A stretch of DNA of 64,000 nucleotides, taken from NCBI GenBank assembly GCA_024137785.1, contig JAHRHZ010000063.1:18414923-18478922 (forward strand), in the 5' to 3' direction. This stretch comes from Ginglymostoma cirratum (lineage: Eukaryota). The notes beneath the pieces were generated by a model that did no database searches, was not told the origin of the DNA, and saw only the letters and a list, made by a program, of their open reading frames with translations. Shown here piece by piece: positions 49,906 to 64,000 of this stretch (position 1 is its first letter; each line of letters starts with the position of its first letter). A program made the translations under genes and the position numbers.

Positions 49906-50921
49906 GCATGTATCTTTTATTCAGCAATCTTCATACCCTATGGTGTGGCATTACTGTCATACTAAATGGGATAGATTGAGAACAGATCTTTCATTCAAAC
50001 TGGATATCCATGAGGCACTGTGAACTATCAATGGCAGCAGAATTGTAATCAACTACTACCTGTAACCTCATGGTCCGGAATATTACACAATCCACAATTT
50101 CCATCAAGCCAGAAGATCAACCTCAGTTCAGTGAGAGGTGCAGAATAGCATGCCAAGATCAGCACCTGGCCTATACCGGCAGGACCTGTAACAAAGCTAT
50201 TCCAGTAGAACCACAAGATTACAATCCACCTGACAATACAGAATTACCCAGGTTCACCCTGTTCACAAGAGTAAGCTGAATTCATTAATTATTACCCTAT
50301 CAGTCTACTCTTGATCATTAGCACACTGTGGAAAGTGTTGTCAGTAGTTCATTAGAGCGATCAATAGAGCAGTAACCACATCGATAATTATCCCTTGATG
50401 TTCAAATTGGATTCAACACTGACCACACTAGTGCAGCTCTTGTTCAAACAGAAAAAAGCTGAATTCCAGAGGAAAACTGACTCTCCTTGACGTAAGGGAG
50501 CTGAGCAAACGTGAAGTCAATGGGAATCAGAAGAAAAACTCTCCAATAATTGGAGTCATACCTAACTCAATGAAAGATGGTTGTGTTTATTGAAGGCCAA
50601 TTATCTCAATCTAAGATCATCACTGCTCTAATTTATCAGGATAGTGTCTGAAGTCCAACCATCTTCAATTATTTATCGATTTTTCTTCTATCATTGGGTC
50701 AGAAGTGAAATTGTTAACAGCTTTTCCATGCATTGCTGAAATTTTCAGGCTTGAGAGGTGACTGGCAATGGGAGGGAGTGGGTGTGAAGCCTGGTGATTT
50801 TATTAGATCAGATCTTTGGCTGGAATAAACACCTTCCTGCCCCCCAGCCTTTGGAATTCAGCCCTCATCAAATTCAACCAGCAACTCTCAGCACCGACCC
50901 TGCTGAAAGACCCACAGTATA

Positions 50922-51262
50922 GGAGCAGCATGGTGGCTCATTGGTTAGCACTGATGCCTCAGAGCACCAGGGACCGAGGTTTGATTGTACCGTCGGGTGA
51001 CTGTCTCTGTAAAGTTTGTATATTCTCACTGTGTCTGTGTGTTTCCTCCCACAATCCAAAGGTGTGCAGGTTCGGTGGATTTGCCATGCTAAATTGCCAT
51101 AGTGTCCAGAAATGTGTAGGTTAGATGGATTAGCCGTGGGAAAGGTAGGGTTACAGGGATAATGTAGGGGGCATGATCTGAGTGGGATGCTGTTCGGAGG
51201 GTTGGTGTGGACTCAATGGGCCGAATGGCCTGCTTCCACACTTGTAGGGATTCTATGATTCT
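50922..51262 (+). mobile_element. tRNA-derived V-SINE (HE1-like), second copy
   Basis: Collinear with 2273-2622 and same tail. Confidence 0.85.
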
Positions 51263-54200
51263 GTTTACATTTCCATCCAGATTTTGGCTCTATTCTCATT
51301 GGTATTAGATGCAGTCTTCCAGCGGCACTGTTGGGACCAGAGAGCTGCCAGACAATCAGATGGACCGATTACTCTTGAGGCATGTAGACTGCAGCGATTC
51401 AACATGGTAGCTGACAGTAATTTCAAGGGCAATTAAAAATGGGCAATAAATACAACAGTGATGCTGCATCCTTTGAACTAATATTTAAAAACTATTATGT
51501 CAGTAATAGAGTACTTCATGAAAATTATGATACCCTCAAAATTGGAAATACAGACAGTGAAATAAAAACAAACTGCTGAAAATACTTGAGGGGTCTGGTA
51601 GTATCTATGGAAAAGAGTTACCATTTTAATTGGAATGACTCTTTCAGTTTTAACATTAGATTTCTGAATGTGTTACAATTGTACTGGACTTTGAAACTCT
51701 TGAAGGTTAATTGTTTTCTTCAAGTAAAATAGGAGAAATCAATGTTCAGTATTTGTTGAACTAGTTCAGCTATATTCTCATCGATATATTGCCTAATTCG
51801 TAAGTGCTCTGCCTGAAGGCAAATCCTTGATTCTTTGTCTGTTGATGCTTCATGCTGAACCATTTTCTTGGCAGTTTTTCACAGTAATGCTTTTCAATTG
51901 CATTCCTCTATTGGATAGAGTAAAGAGGCTGGTTCCAAGTCTACCTCAGCTGGAAACTCAATTGAACCCATTTTGTCAGCACTACAGTGAACCACCAATT
52001 AGCCATCTAAGCTAACAAGTTCCTCTCCCCTACATGTCTATTAAAAGCTTTGTGAAAAACAATTCTTTTTCTCCCACAAGACTTCCACTGACTGACATTT
52101 ATCTCTCAAGTAATTACATTCAAAAAGATTAAGCATTAATTACAATATCCCACAGTTATCAGGTTTAATTTTTTAATCTGGATAAGATGATTTAGCTGTT
52201 CCCATGAAGTTTTCATGAAAGTAGAACCAAACATAGAATGGGAAATCATTGTAAAGACATAAAATTAATCCCACTTCTCTGTAGTCAGTTGCACCTGCTT
52301 CAAATGTTTTGTGAAGCCACGTGATAATCTCTGCTTTAATTAATTCCATACTGCTCAAAGAAACTTCTCCAATCTCCAATTACCTTGACGATTTTAAATT
52401 GTTCTACCTCTATTCACAAATAATTTAGTTGATGAGCTACAAGTAATACAAAATTGAGAGGCACAGACAGATCATGAGAATTGTTTCCCCATGGCAGACA
52501 TGTCTAAGACTAGTTAAAGAGGAGGAGTAAGAGGTTTAAAGGAGATCTTCGAGAAACAAATCACCAACAGGGTGGTAGAAATATGAAATATGCTACCTGA
52601 AAGGGTGGTCAAAGCAGGTACTCTTGCAAAATTTGCAAAGCATCTGGAAGAGCACTTAAAATGCCAGGACATAATAGACCATGGACCAAGTCAGATAAAT
52701 TGGATTACTGTAGTTTGGTGTTTATTGGTCAGCAGCATACATATAGTGAGCCAAAAGGCCTGTTTTTATACTGTGTGACTCTGTCTATGCCTCAAAGGTG
52801 CTATATGAGCAGCTTATTAACTTTACATTTCAGGTTATCTTGCTTACATGTTTGTTAAAACATTTAGCACAAGATATTAACACCTTTTGCAAACTGCAGG
52901 TTAGACCAATGTACGTTTGGGATTCTCGTTATGTAGTTGTTTCATTTTGCCTTCACAACATTTCATTTATATTAATAATTGTCAATTAGATTCTTGACAC
53001 GATTTGCATAATCCGACAAATCTTCACAGTTCCATGTGTTAAAGTCATTTATTTGACATCTTTTAAAACTGTAACATCTAAAGCTTTTAGGTACAAATAC
53101 AATTCAGATTAATGCAATGAATGACTCCCCGCTATTATCTGCAAGGGCTCTATATAAAATGTAATTGGAACATAATCCAATGCACAAAACCAGCCCAACC
53201 GTGGCACTGAGGTGATATAAGATTAGTAAAGTAATTAAGTTGTCATTGGCCAAGAGCACATGGCTCCCATTTTTCCTAACAGGCCCTGACAACTTCAACT
53301 AACTGATAGCCAAATGCAGTAGGTAGACTCTTAAATTTAGCATCGAAATTCTATCCAAGTTGTCTGATCACGTAGAATGACACTGAACATTCACAAATTT
53401 GTGTAACTTCTTGATGGAAAATAGCTGAATTATTTTGAGTAATTACATAGAAGTTAAATATTATGAATTATTCTCCCCTATGGACTGTCAGATACTAAGA
53501 AAAGTCAAAATTGGTGTTTTCTAAATGTACGATACAATAAATAGCTAATTTCACAATCGAATGAAATGATTCACAAACATTAAATTGTTTAATTGCATCA
53601 CAGTGAAATACATTTTTACATATTACAAGTCATAACTACATGTTGCTTATGGGTACACTTTGGAGTAATACTTCAATCCCAAACCCTTCGCAGGAGTCAC
53701 ATCAAAGCTCTCTGCAAGAATAAAAACTCCTTGCTGACAGCATGGAATTATGGTATTAATAGAACTCAGCCAACACTTACAAATCACATAAATAACAAAA
53801 ATGTTGTTTTACTGTTCTTTTCCAGGTGACAGGTGGCAAGTTAGTTCATGCAATAAATGATTTCAAAAACATAAAAGATCCTTTACTGACACAAGCTATC
53901 TCCTTGAAAACATTGCAATACAGCATTTAATGTACAAATGGCACCCAGCTCAATAAAATGATGTTACATTAAATTTCACTGGAAATTAATAAAGGGCATT
54001 AAGTACCCAGTATTTATATTCAAAAGTAAGAACTATCCTGTTCAGTCTGCAAGTTACTTTGAAACAGTCTATAAATAGCAAAGATCTCAACAAAAGTTCA
54101 AAACAGATTAATATTTACATCAGTACAACTGTTCTACATTGTATTTAATTCTACAGAAACAAAAACAAACATCAACTGGGTGACTCTGAAAGCTGCTCAT

Positions 54201-54311
54201 CGCAGAAAATGGACAATTTAACCATATTCTCTCCAGTTATCATTCTCGATTCTAAACCTTTTGAGTCACTTAAGGGTATTAGCATTTATGTCCACAAAAT
54301 ATTGTGCCACA

Positions 54312-54479
54312 CTACTTGAAAGCTGCAGAGCGTTTTGCTTCACAGATGATGTCTGGTTCTTCTGAGAACAGATCACAATAATAGCTCTTCAAAATTTTAA
54401 ACTGTCCACTACGAATAATAATGTGAGGTCTGATCGAAGCAATATAATCACATGCCTTCTTTGGAGTCCAGTGATGCTG
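54312..54479 (-). CDS. PTPMT1: PTPMT1 last exon (QHHWTPKKACDYIASIRPHIIIRSGQFKILKSYY...AAFK*)
   Basis: Matches the W.P..A...I..IR..I.IR.GQ pattern; NAGNAG acceptor cagCAG; TAG at 54314-54312. Confidence 0.9.
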   Translation of the reverse strand, partial: QHHWTPKKACDYIASIRPHIIIRSGQFKILKSYYCDLFSEEPDIICEAKRSAAFK

Positions 54480-55157
54480 CTGAAGAAAGGATTCAGGAGG
54501 TAAACTGTTAAAAGATATTTTCTAAATAGTTATATTTAATTCAGAATAAGATCAGATATGCACAAAATAAGCTGCAATATTTTATAGCTCAGTTAATTCA
54601 ATCACACCACTACAAAGACTATAAAACAAAAATTAATTACCAGCAAATACGAAACATAGTACAGAAAAAACCAGCTGTTCCTATCAGGAGAATTTAAAGC
54701 ATTCAATTAACTAAATTTTTTTTGTCAGCAAACAGAGGAGCATTAAACAGCACAGTACAATTTTAACATTATAGTGGGACTTGTTTGGAATTGAAGGACC
54801 AGCTTTTTGACAAGCGGCAGCTGTAGAGATAAGGCAATAGAAAAGCATTAAGTGGAAAGATATCTTGGAACTTGTGGGGGAGGGGTTATAAAAACAGATT
54901 TTTACAGGTTAAAAGTGTAAGCATATTGAGTTCAAAGGACATATCTCCATGCAAATGAGGTTAATAAGACGGCAAATGAAATACAAAAATAATTGGTAAA
55001 ATAAGAGCGACATAAGAACAACCAGAGTTGAACCACAAAAAGATATTAGAAATAAAGATGTGAAACTAGAACTGCCCTGTTATATCCTTAGTGAAAATTT
55101 GGCTAGAGACAGCACAGAATCTATTTGCTTGCCATAAACAGTCCTAGGATACAAGTA

Positions 55158-55255
55158 CATTTCTGAAGGAGGGTCTAGGCCCGAAATGTCAGCCTCCCTG
55201 CTCCTCTGATGCTGCTTGGCCTGCTGTGTTCATCCAGCTCTACACCTTGTTATCC
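55158..55255 (+). mobile_element. Penelope family-A short insertion (degenerate hammerhead core)
   Basis: 12-bp TSD AGGATACAAGTA (55146-55157, 55256-55267). Confidence 0.8.
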
Positions 55256-56184
55256 AGGATACAAGTAGTTTTATTAATTGGGACCTATAACAACAATGTA
55301 AGGATGTTTTTTTTTACAGTTAATCACCAGGATTGTTGCACTCAGGGAGGCAAGATCAAGGTCAATTTGTTCAGGTGGGAGGGTGATTGGCAGCTAAGCA
55401 GCAGCAGGCCGATAAGTTAAAGTCAGGAAAGAGAATGGAATTACTACAAAATTACTACAAAAACACTAAGTAAACAGGAAAGGAGGAGTGGGGGTAAAGA
55501 TCAATCTAATAATGTTCTTTTGATTCACTGTAAATTTAACAAACATTTACTGCAAATCAGTTATCTATAACATGTACCTGTTAGTACAGCTTTATCTTCC
55601 AAATTAAAAAGATATTTAATGATAAAACTCTAAAACAATCTTGTGAATATGCAGTTTTAGGAAACAAAATTTCAGAAAGTTTAGGAAGGAAAAACTAAAT
55701 TGCTTCTTTTTATAGGTTCACACAATCCGCATTCTGCCTTTAACTAATGTTATCTCAATCAGGATTGAGCAACTGAATTTCTCAATATTAAGTACATTAA
55801 GATGTACTTATTATGTTGTATCTCACTGAAATTTTATTCAAATATACTAAAAGGTATAATTATATTTCAAGCATTTACTGTGTTTAAAGAGGTCAGGCAG
55901 CATCTGTGAAGAGGCGAAGAGTTAATGTTCTGATTAAAGAGTATCAAGAGAGTCAGAGTTGGAATTTTTACAGCATGGAAAAAGGCCCTTTGGTCCTGCA
56001 TGCTGAGGCTGGTCTTCAAACATTCATCTGTTCTAATCTCATTTTCCAGCACTTGGCCCTCAGCCTTATGACGTTTCAAGTGTTCATCCAAAAGGTTCTT
56101 CATGTTTCAGAGGTTTTAGCCTTTATTAACTTTTTTAGGCAGTATGTTCCAAATCACTACAACCCTCTGGGTAAGAAGATATTT

Positions 56185-59100
56185 AGAACAAAGAACAAAG
56201 AAAATTACAGCACAGAAACAGGCCCTTTGGCCCACCAAACCTGCAGCGATTCAGATCCTCTACCTAAACCTATGGCCTATTTTCCAAGGATCTGTATCCC
56301 TCTGCTCCCCGCCCATTCATGTATCTGTCTAGATACATCTTAAATGATGCTATCATGCCCGCCTCTACCACCTCTGCTGGCAACGCATTCCAGGCACCCA
56401 CCACCCTCTGCGTAAAGAACTTTTCCCCTCTCACACTGAAATCGTGACTCCTAGTAATTGAGCCCCCCACTCTGGGAAAAAGCTTCTTGCTATCCACCCT
56501 GTCTATACCTCTCATGATTTTGTAGACCTCAATCAGGTCCCCCCTCAACCTCCGTCTTTCTAATGTAAATAATCCTAATCTACTCAACCTCTTTTCATAG
56601 CTAGCGCCCTCCATACCAGGCAACATCCTGGTGAACCTCCTCTGCACCCTCTCCAAAGCATCCACGTCCTTTTGGTAATGTGGCGACCAGAACTGGACGC
56701 AGTATTCCAAATGTGGTCGAACCAAAGTCCTACACAACTGCAACATGACCTGCCAACTCTTGTACTCAATACCCTGTAGGATGAATGAAAGCATGCCGTG
56801 TGCCTTCTTGACCACTCTATCGACCTGCGTTGCCACCTTCAGGGTACAATAGACCTAAACACCGAGATCTCTCTGTGCATCAATCTTCCCCAGGGCTTTT
56901 CCATTCACTGTATCGTTCGCTTTTGAATTGGATCTTCCAAAATGCATCACCTCGCATTTGCCTAGATTGAACTCCATCTGCCATTTCTCCAACCAACTCT
57001 CCAATCTATCTATATTCTGCTGCATTCTCCGACAGTTCCCTTCACTATCTGCTACTCTACCAATCTTCGTGTCATCTGCAAACTTGCTGATCAGACCATT
57101 TATACCTTCCTCCAGATCATTTATATATATCACAAGCAACAGTGGTCCCAGCACGAATCCCTGTGGAACACCACTGGTCACAGTTCTCCATTTTGAGAAA
57201 CTCCCTTCCACTCCAACTCTCTGTATCCTGTTGCCCAGCCAGTTCTCTATCCATCCAGCTAGTACACCCTAGACCCCATGCGACTTCACTTTCTCCATCA
57301 GCCTACCATGGGGAACCTTATCAAATACCTGACTGAAGTCCATGTATATGACATCTACAGCCCTTTGCTCATCTATCAACTTTGTCACTTCCTCAAAAGA
57401 ATTCTATCAAGTTGGTAAGACATGACCTTCCCTGCACAAAACCATGCTGCTGCCTATCACTAATATGCCCATTTTCTTCCAAATGTAAATAGATCCTATC
57501 CCTCAGTATCTTCTCCAGCAGCTTCCCCACTACTGACGTCAGGCTCACCAGTCTATAATTACCTGGATTATCCTCGTTACCCTTCTTAAACAAGGGGACA
57601 ACATTAGCAATTCTCCAGTCCTCTGGGACCTCACCCGTGCTCAAGGATGCTGCAAAGATATCTGTTAAGGCCCCAGCTATTTTCTCTCTCGCTTCCCTCA
57701 GCAACCTGGGATAGATCCCATCCAGACCTGGGGACTTGTCCACCCTGATGCCTTTTTAGAATACCCAACACTTTCCCCCTTCCCCTGCCCCCCACCTCCT
57801 TATGCCGGCTTGACCTAGAGTAATCAAATATCTATCCCTAACCTCAACATCCGTAATGTCCCTCTCCTCGGTGAATACTGACGCAAAGTACTCATTAAGA
57901 ATCTCACTCATTTTCTCTGACTCCTCACATAACTTCCCTCCTTTGTCCTTGAGTGGGCCAACCCTTTCTCTAGTTACCCTCTTGCTCCTTACGTACGAAT
58001 AAAAGGCTTTGGGATTTTCCTTAACCCTGTTTGCTAAAGATATTTCATGACCCCTTTTAGCCCTCTTAATTCCTCATTTCAGATTGGTTCTACTTTCCCG
58101 ATATTCTTCCAAAGCTTCGTCTATTTTCAGTCGCCTAGATCTTATGTATGCTTCCTTTTTCCTCTTTGCTAGTCTCACAATTTCACTTGTCATCCATGGT
58201 TCCCTAATCTTGCCCTTTCTACCCCTCATTTTCATAGGGACATGTCTGTCCTGCACTCTAATCAACCTCTCTTTAAAAGCCTCCTACATATCAAATGTGG
58301 ATTTACCCTCAAACAGCAGCTCCCGATCCACATTCCCCAGCTCCTGCCAAATTTTGCTATCGTTGGCCTTCCCTCAATTTAGCACTCTTCCTTTAGGACC
58401 ACTCTCGTCTTTGTCCATGAGTATTCTAAAACTTACAGAATTGTGATCACTATTCCCAAAGTAATCCCCTACTGAAACTTCAACCACCTGGCCAGGCTCA
58501 TTCCCCAATGACAGGTCCAGTACGGCCCCTTCCTGAGTTGGGCCATTTACGTACTGTTCTATAAAACCCTCCTGGATGCTCCTTACAAATTCTGCTCCAT
58601 CTAAACCCCTAACACTAAGTGAATCCCAGTCAATGTTGGGAAAATTAAAATCTCCCATCATCATCACCCTATTGCTCCTACATCTTTGCATGGTCTGTCT
58701 ACTTATTTGTACCTCTCTCACGTTTGCTGTTGGGAGGTCTTTAGTACAGCCCCAACATTGTTACTGCACCCTTCCTATTTCTGAGCTCTGCCCATATTGC
58801 CTCACTGCTCAAGTCCTCCATAGTGCCCTCCTTCAGCACAGCTGTGATATCCTCTTTGACCAGTAATGCAACTGCTCCACCCCTTTTACCTCCCTCTCTA
58901 TTCCGCCTGAAGCTTCTATATCCTGGGATATTAAATCGCCAATCTTGCCCTTCCCTCAACCAAGTCTCCGTGATAGCCATAACATCATACTCCCAGGTAC
59001 TAATCCAAGCCCCAAGTTCATCTGCCTTATCTACTACACTTCTCGCATTAAAACAAATGCGCCTCAGACCACCTGTCCCTTTGCTTTCATTATCTGGTCT

Positions 59101-60630
59101 CTGCCTACTCTTCCCCTTAGTCACACTGACTTCATTATCTAGTTCCTTACAGGCTTTAGTTACTACCTCCTTACTGTCCACTAATCTCCTCATTTGGTTC
59201 CCATCCCCCTGCCACATTAGTTTAAACCATCCCCAACAGCATTAGCAAAAGCACCCCCTAGGACATTGGTTCCAGTCCTGCCCAGGTGTAGACCGTCCAA
59301 TTTGTAATAGTCCCACCTCCCTCAGAACCGGTCCCAATGTCCCAAAAATCTGAACCCCTCCCTCCTGCACCATCTCTCAAGCCACTCATTTATCCTGCCT
59401 ATTCTTTCATTTCTACTCTGACTAGCACATGGCACTGGTAGCAATCTTGAGATTACTACCTCTGAGGTCCTACTTTTTAACTTGGCTCCTAACTCCCTCA
59501 ATTCTGCCCGCAGGACCTCATCCTGTTTTTTTTAACCTACATCATTGGTGCCTATATGCACCATGACAGCTAGCTGTTCACCCTCCCCCTTCAGAATGTC
59601 CTGCAGTTGATCTGAGACATCCCTGACCCATGCACCTGGGAAACAACATACCATTCGGGAGTCTCGTTTTTGACCACAGAACCGCCTATCTACTCCCCTT
59701 ACAATCGAATCCCCTATGACTATAGCCCTTCCACTCCTTTTCCCGCCTTTCTGTACAGCAGAGCCAGCCATGGTGCCATGAACCTGGCTACTGCTGCCTT
59801 CCCCTGGTGAGCCATCTCCCCCAACAGTATCCAACACAGTATACCTGTTTTGGAGGGAGATGACGGCAGGGGACACCTACACCGCCTTCCTGCTTTTTCT
59901 CTGCCTTTTGGTCACCCATTTCCTTTCTCCCTCAGCAATCCTAATCTGCGGTGTAACCAATTTGCTAAACGCACTATCCACGACTTCCTCAGCATCGTGG
60001 ATGCTTCAAATTGAGTCCATCCGCAGCTCCAGAGCCGTCATGTGGTCTAACAAGAGCTGCAACTGGACACACTTCCTGCACATGTAGGAGTCAGGGACAT
60101 CAGCCGGGTCCCTGAGCTCCCGCATTGAGCAAGAGGAGCATAACACGGGTCTGGGATCTCCTGCCATTTTTACTCTTAAACTTAGCTTAGTCCTACTATA
60201 ATATCAAATAATAGATAAACGAAATGAAAAAAGTTTTACCAATCACTCTACTTACCAGAACACGATAAAAAAAAGAAAAGCCTTACCTTATCAACACACC
60301 ACAGAGTCTTTTTTTTGGGTTAGAGAAGGAGGGCGGGTGGGAGACACTACACGTGTAGTGTCTCAGGTTTAGCCACTACCCAAATATATCAGAGATAACA
60401 AGGTGAAGAGCTGGATGAACACAGCAGGCCAAGCAGCATCAGAGGAGTAGGAAGGCTGACGTTTTGGGCCTAGACCCTTCTTCAGAAAAGTAGCCCAAAT
60501 ATATCAGTTCACTCACCTTCCCAGAGCGCAATTCAACCGCTCCCACTCACCTCCACTGCCGAAATGAAGAACCTACCTTCCCGGCAGCCCCCTGGTCCTC
60601 GCTCTCACCGCTCCCGCTGCTGCTGCAAAG
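56185..60630 (-). mobile_element. Near full-length CR1 LINE, frameshifted (ORF1 with SGNH esterase; ORF2 APE-RT), in a PTPMT1 intron
   Basis: ORF1 IVIGDSIVRG...CFPGA...HIGTND; APE CFNARS, TETWL, GDFNFP, SDHN; RT GVPQG.VLGP, KFADDTK; C-terminal ERVQRRFTRM. Confidence 0.93.
60393..60493 (-). mobile_element. Penelope family-A short insertion nested in the CR1 5' region
   Basis: 14-bp TSD CCCAAATATATCAG (60379-60392, 60494-60507); core GAAA mutated to AAAA. Confidence 0.8.
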
Positions 60631-61517
60631 ATTTCCTCAAATCCCATCTAAACCTCCAACAATTACTTTAAAACAGTGTTCCCTGCTTATTGACCCTTCT
60701 ACTAATGGGAAACGTTTCTCCCTAACCACCCCGTCTATACCCCTTAAGACGTTTGTTCACCTCAATCGGATACCCCCTCAGCCATCTCTGCTCTAGGGAA
60801 AATAATCCAGTCCATCTAGTCTCTCTTCAGTCTACCATAGTTGACTCATACCAGGCCAGGCAACATTCCCTCCACCCCTCACATACAATCACAACCCTCC
60901 TATAGTGTTAGGACCAAAATTATACATAGTACTTCAGCCGTGGCCCAACACTATATACAGGTCCATCACAATCTGAAACAGTAATTCTATATCTCCCCTC
61001 ACAGATACCGTTGGACCTACTATTTCCAGCAGTTTATGTTTCCACTTCACATTTCCAGCATCTGTTTTTGTCCTGAACAACAGGGCCACAGATGCAATTT
61101 AAAATAAATTTTACTGGTGTATTTCTGAATGAAGACTGGAGCCACCACTATTGCTTTATTTTCAAGACCAGCCTCAAAATCACAATCCCTTCTTGCAAGA
61201 TGCAGTAGAAAGAATAATGAAGGTATAATTGAAGGTATATTTCCACTTGTCATCTTGCAATTAGAATGAAGATTTTAGGAGGTAAATGTCCTGCGGTAAA
61301 AATTAACTTACCTTTCTATAACTTATGCAAAAATTTACTGTTAATAAATTCAGTATTTTACATGTAAAATTACACATCAGATATATAATTTTACAACTGT
61401 GATTGTGTAATGTGAAGTTTCTTAAAGTTTCAAAAACAAAATGCCTACATTTACCCAGAACAGACTTTTACTATAATAAGTAATACTTATTTCACTAAAG
61501 AGGTTTAGTCAACATAC

Positions 61518-61709
61518 ATGAATTAAATACGCTGCCACCATAGTGGCACTGCGTGATCGTCCAGCCTTACAGTGCACATAGACACTGGTTCCATTTTGAC
61601 GATGCTTAGTAAGAAAATCAACGCCTTTTCTCAGGTCTTCTAATTTTGGCACTCCAAGTATATCCACCGTGCTGAGACGCAACTGCTCCACGCCAAAGGA
61701 CTCCCATTC
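61518..61709 (-). CDS. PTPMT1: Mitochondrial phosphatidylglycerophosphatase / protein-tyrosine phosphatase 1, penultimate exon (earlier exons lie beyond the window)
   Basis: EWESFGVEQLRLSTVD...VYVHCKAGRSRSATMVAAYLIH; CX5R motif HCKAGRSRS; 192 nt; canonical splice sites; synteny with KBTBD4/NDUFS3. Confidence 0.95.
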
Positions 61710-64000
61710 CTGAAAACACAGCTTCAGTTAGGAATCAACTTGACAGCATTCTAATGAAGTGCAATACCTCAAACAATGCTGCATTTCTCAATAAAAATCA
61801 ACGTGTCAAATAATGCTTTTGGTCACAAGGCATAGCCAAGTAACTGCACTGCCAAGATATGAACATATCTTGTAAAATCTGAATGATAATGCTCATAACT
61901 GGCTGACAACCTACATTTAAAAAAGAACTAGTTTCCAATGGTAGCGTGTGCAGAATGAATCTTGAAAGGACTGATCACTTCATATTTTCTACAGATTCTT
62001 GATTTAAGTAACAAGTGGCACAAATTCTGTGAAATTACAGACTGAAGAAAAAAAAATTCAATTGCAATGAAGCATTCCATACTTATATTGGGGATTCTGT
62101 CTCGCGTAAAGACCGATATATTTTAGCAAAATAGATGTATTCACATGAATAAGAAAATCTTCCAAGGCTACAATTGGTAGACTGCATGTAAATTGAAACT
62201 TCTAATTGCAACACATTTTCATCCTCAGTAATAATACTAATGATGAGGTCCTTCATCAAACCACAGTCCTGTTTCAATAACAAACTCAATAACACAAAAC
62301 CTATATGCCTTCAGGTTCTGCATGATCAAATACTTTTTGTACACTTTACTTCCCTTTTTGTCAGCTTGCAAATCACAAAAAGCAATAAAGCAGCAGCTAA
62401 GGAAATTGAAATCGTAATAACATGAAATCAACGCATAGTGGTCAACCGAAAGAAGGCACGTAAACATCAGCATTCAGTTTGATGATGCTAAAGAGTGGCT
62501 CATGACGAAAATGTGAATGTTTGAACATCTTGCAAGGAAAGAGTTAGCTTGTGTCTCATATCCACTGTACCGAAATAACCTTCAAGACACGTGGTCCAAA
62601 ATAGCACATAGCATAATCACTGGGACAAAATACCAGACATCAGAGCGGAACTGTAGCCTGGAGGACAGAAAATAGAGATGGCAGCAACCAAGACTGACCA
62701 CACAAAGAGCTCAACTGCAAAGCTTGAAGGTGTTTTTGGTAAAATCAGTAACTTGCAATTCTCCTCTCTCATTTGGTACAATATTGTTCCGTGATTGGCC
62801 ATGATCGTGAAGAATGGCCTCCTCCTGCTCCCAACTTCTATGTTCCTATATTTCTAAATGCTACATGAAATGGCAGGATGTAGGAGCGAAGTATGAACAA
62901 GGTTGGTGACATTTGATGGTAATTACAAATTACAATGCTATTAAAAGATTACTGTCTCATCTCAAAACTCAAACTTATTTTGTATTATTCATCTGCTGTC
63001 AATCCTTTCTGCAAAGGGATCCCACACAAAAGGAATATGCTCCACTTCAGTCTAAGTCGTACATTATCTATTGGGATATCTCCTCATTTATGAAGTTTGA
63101 TTTATCTACTTACCTTTGTTGTATTCACAAAAAATTTGGTTTCATAGTCTTCAGTCATGGTTATCACTCCTCGAACATTCTCTTTCTTTATTAACTGTAA
63201 ATCAAAATAAGAGAATCATCAAAGGAGATAAAGCAGACATAAATGTTAACGTCAGACAGACCTACAAATAATGTGGACTTTTGCAGAGAAAAATCAAAAT
63301 TTTTCAATAACACTAATTGACTATCAGTGAATAAAGGTTGGATATGGGTTAAGGGACTGTGCAGTAATGTAGCATGTATAATTGAAAAGGGATAAATATG
63401 AAGTACAATTAAAATCAAAATCAAACAAATTAAAATTTGAAATGGAGTAGAGAAACATAGATCTCCAAGAGGACAAGTCACTTAAAGCAAGATTGGAAGT
63501 AGAAAACTCTCTCAGGCAAGTGGGATGATGTATTTCATGCTGTTTCAGCCACAGTTAGAGACTGGTGAAAACTCAAGATCACAGGTTTCTGCCATGGTTC
63601 CACCTGTGACAGAACAGACTCATTTTCAACCCTCTGGTACATGGGACAATGTGTCTCACATGTTATTGGGATCTAGAGTGCAGGATTTGCTTCCTTTTCT
63701 TTCCTTCTCTGTCACCACGCTGCCTCATTAAGGCACCTAGACTCAAAAGCGTGATGCAGTTTAATGGACAAGTCATAAAATGCAGAAGAGACCCTTCACC
63801 CCATCAAGTCTGCACCAATAACTCCCACTAAAGGTGCGCTAATCCTAATTTTCTGCACTTGTCTCATATCCTTGAATGTTATGTTATTTCAAGTGCTCAT
63901 CCAAATATTTTTTAAAAGGTTGTAAGGCTTCCATCCTCCACTACCTTCCCAGATTCCCACCACCCCGAGTGAAAAAGTTTGTTTCAAATTCCCTCTGAAT

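Noticed and set aside
62083-62295. ITEDENV peptide as PTPMT1 exon 2
   Set aside because: Lacks the following RGVITMNEEYE motif; coincidental match

Overview
Vertebrate (not prokaryotic) genomic DNA, most likely from a cartilaginous fish (shark). This is inferred from the repeat landscape (HE1/V-SINE-like SINEs, CR1 and L2 LINEs, Penelope-like elements) and from an intronless RAG1 coding exon. Genes: RAG1 (- strand, single coding exon 8033-11179, DDE core intact); NDUFS3 (- strand, 7 exons, 21041-37659, 261 aa); KBTBD4 (+ strand, 3 coding exons, 41099-47072, 522 aa), head-to-head with NDUFS3 at a CpG-rich bidirectional promoter; and the last two exons of PTPMT1 (- strand, 54312-61709). RAG2 is not in the window and would be expected further left. 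Main observations: (1) the 5' neighbour of RAG1 is NDUFS3-KBTBD4-PTPMT1 rather than TRAF6. (2) This RAG1 has several substitutions at normally conserved core residues, a degenerate ~20-aa N-terminal repeat and a CpG-rich catalytic-core segment. (3) At least three families of Penelope-like element termini carry minimal type I hammerhead-ribozyme cores; many are 100-500 bp insertions with clean target-site duplications or inverted hairpin dimers, and one family is linked by shared TSDs to a GIY-YIG Penelope ORF. (4) A decayed two-gene Harbinger/PIF transposon lies downstream of RAG1. Two 400-N assembly gaps both sit in the same Penelope terminus family. All calls were made by eye, without database searches.
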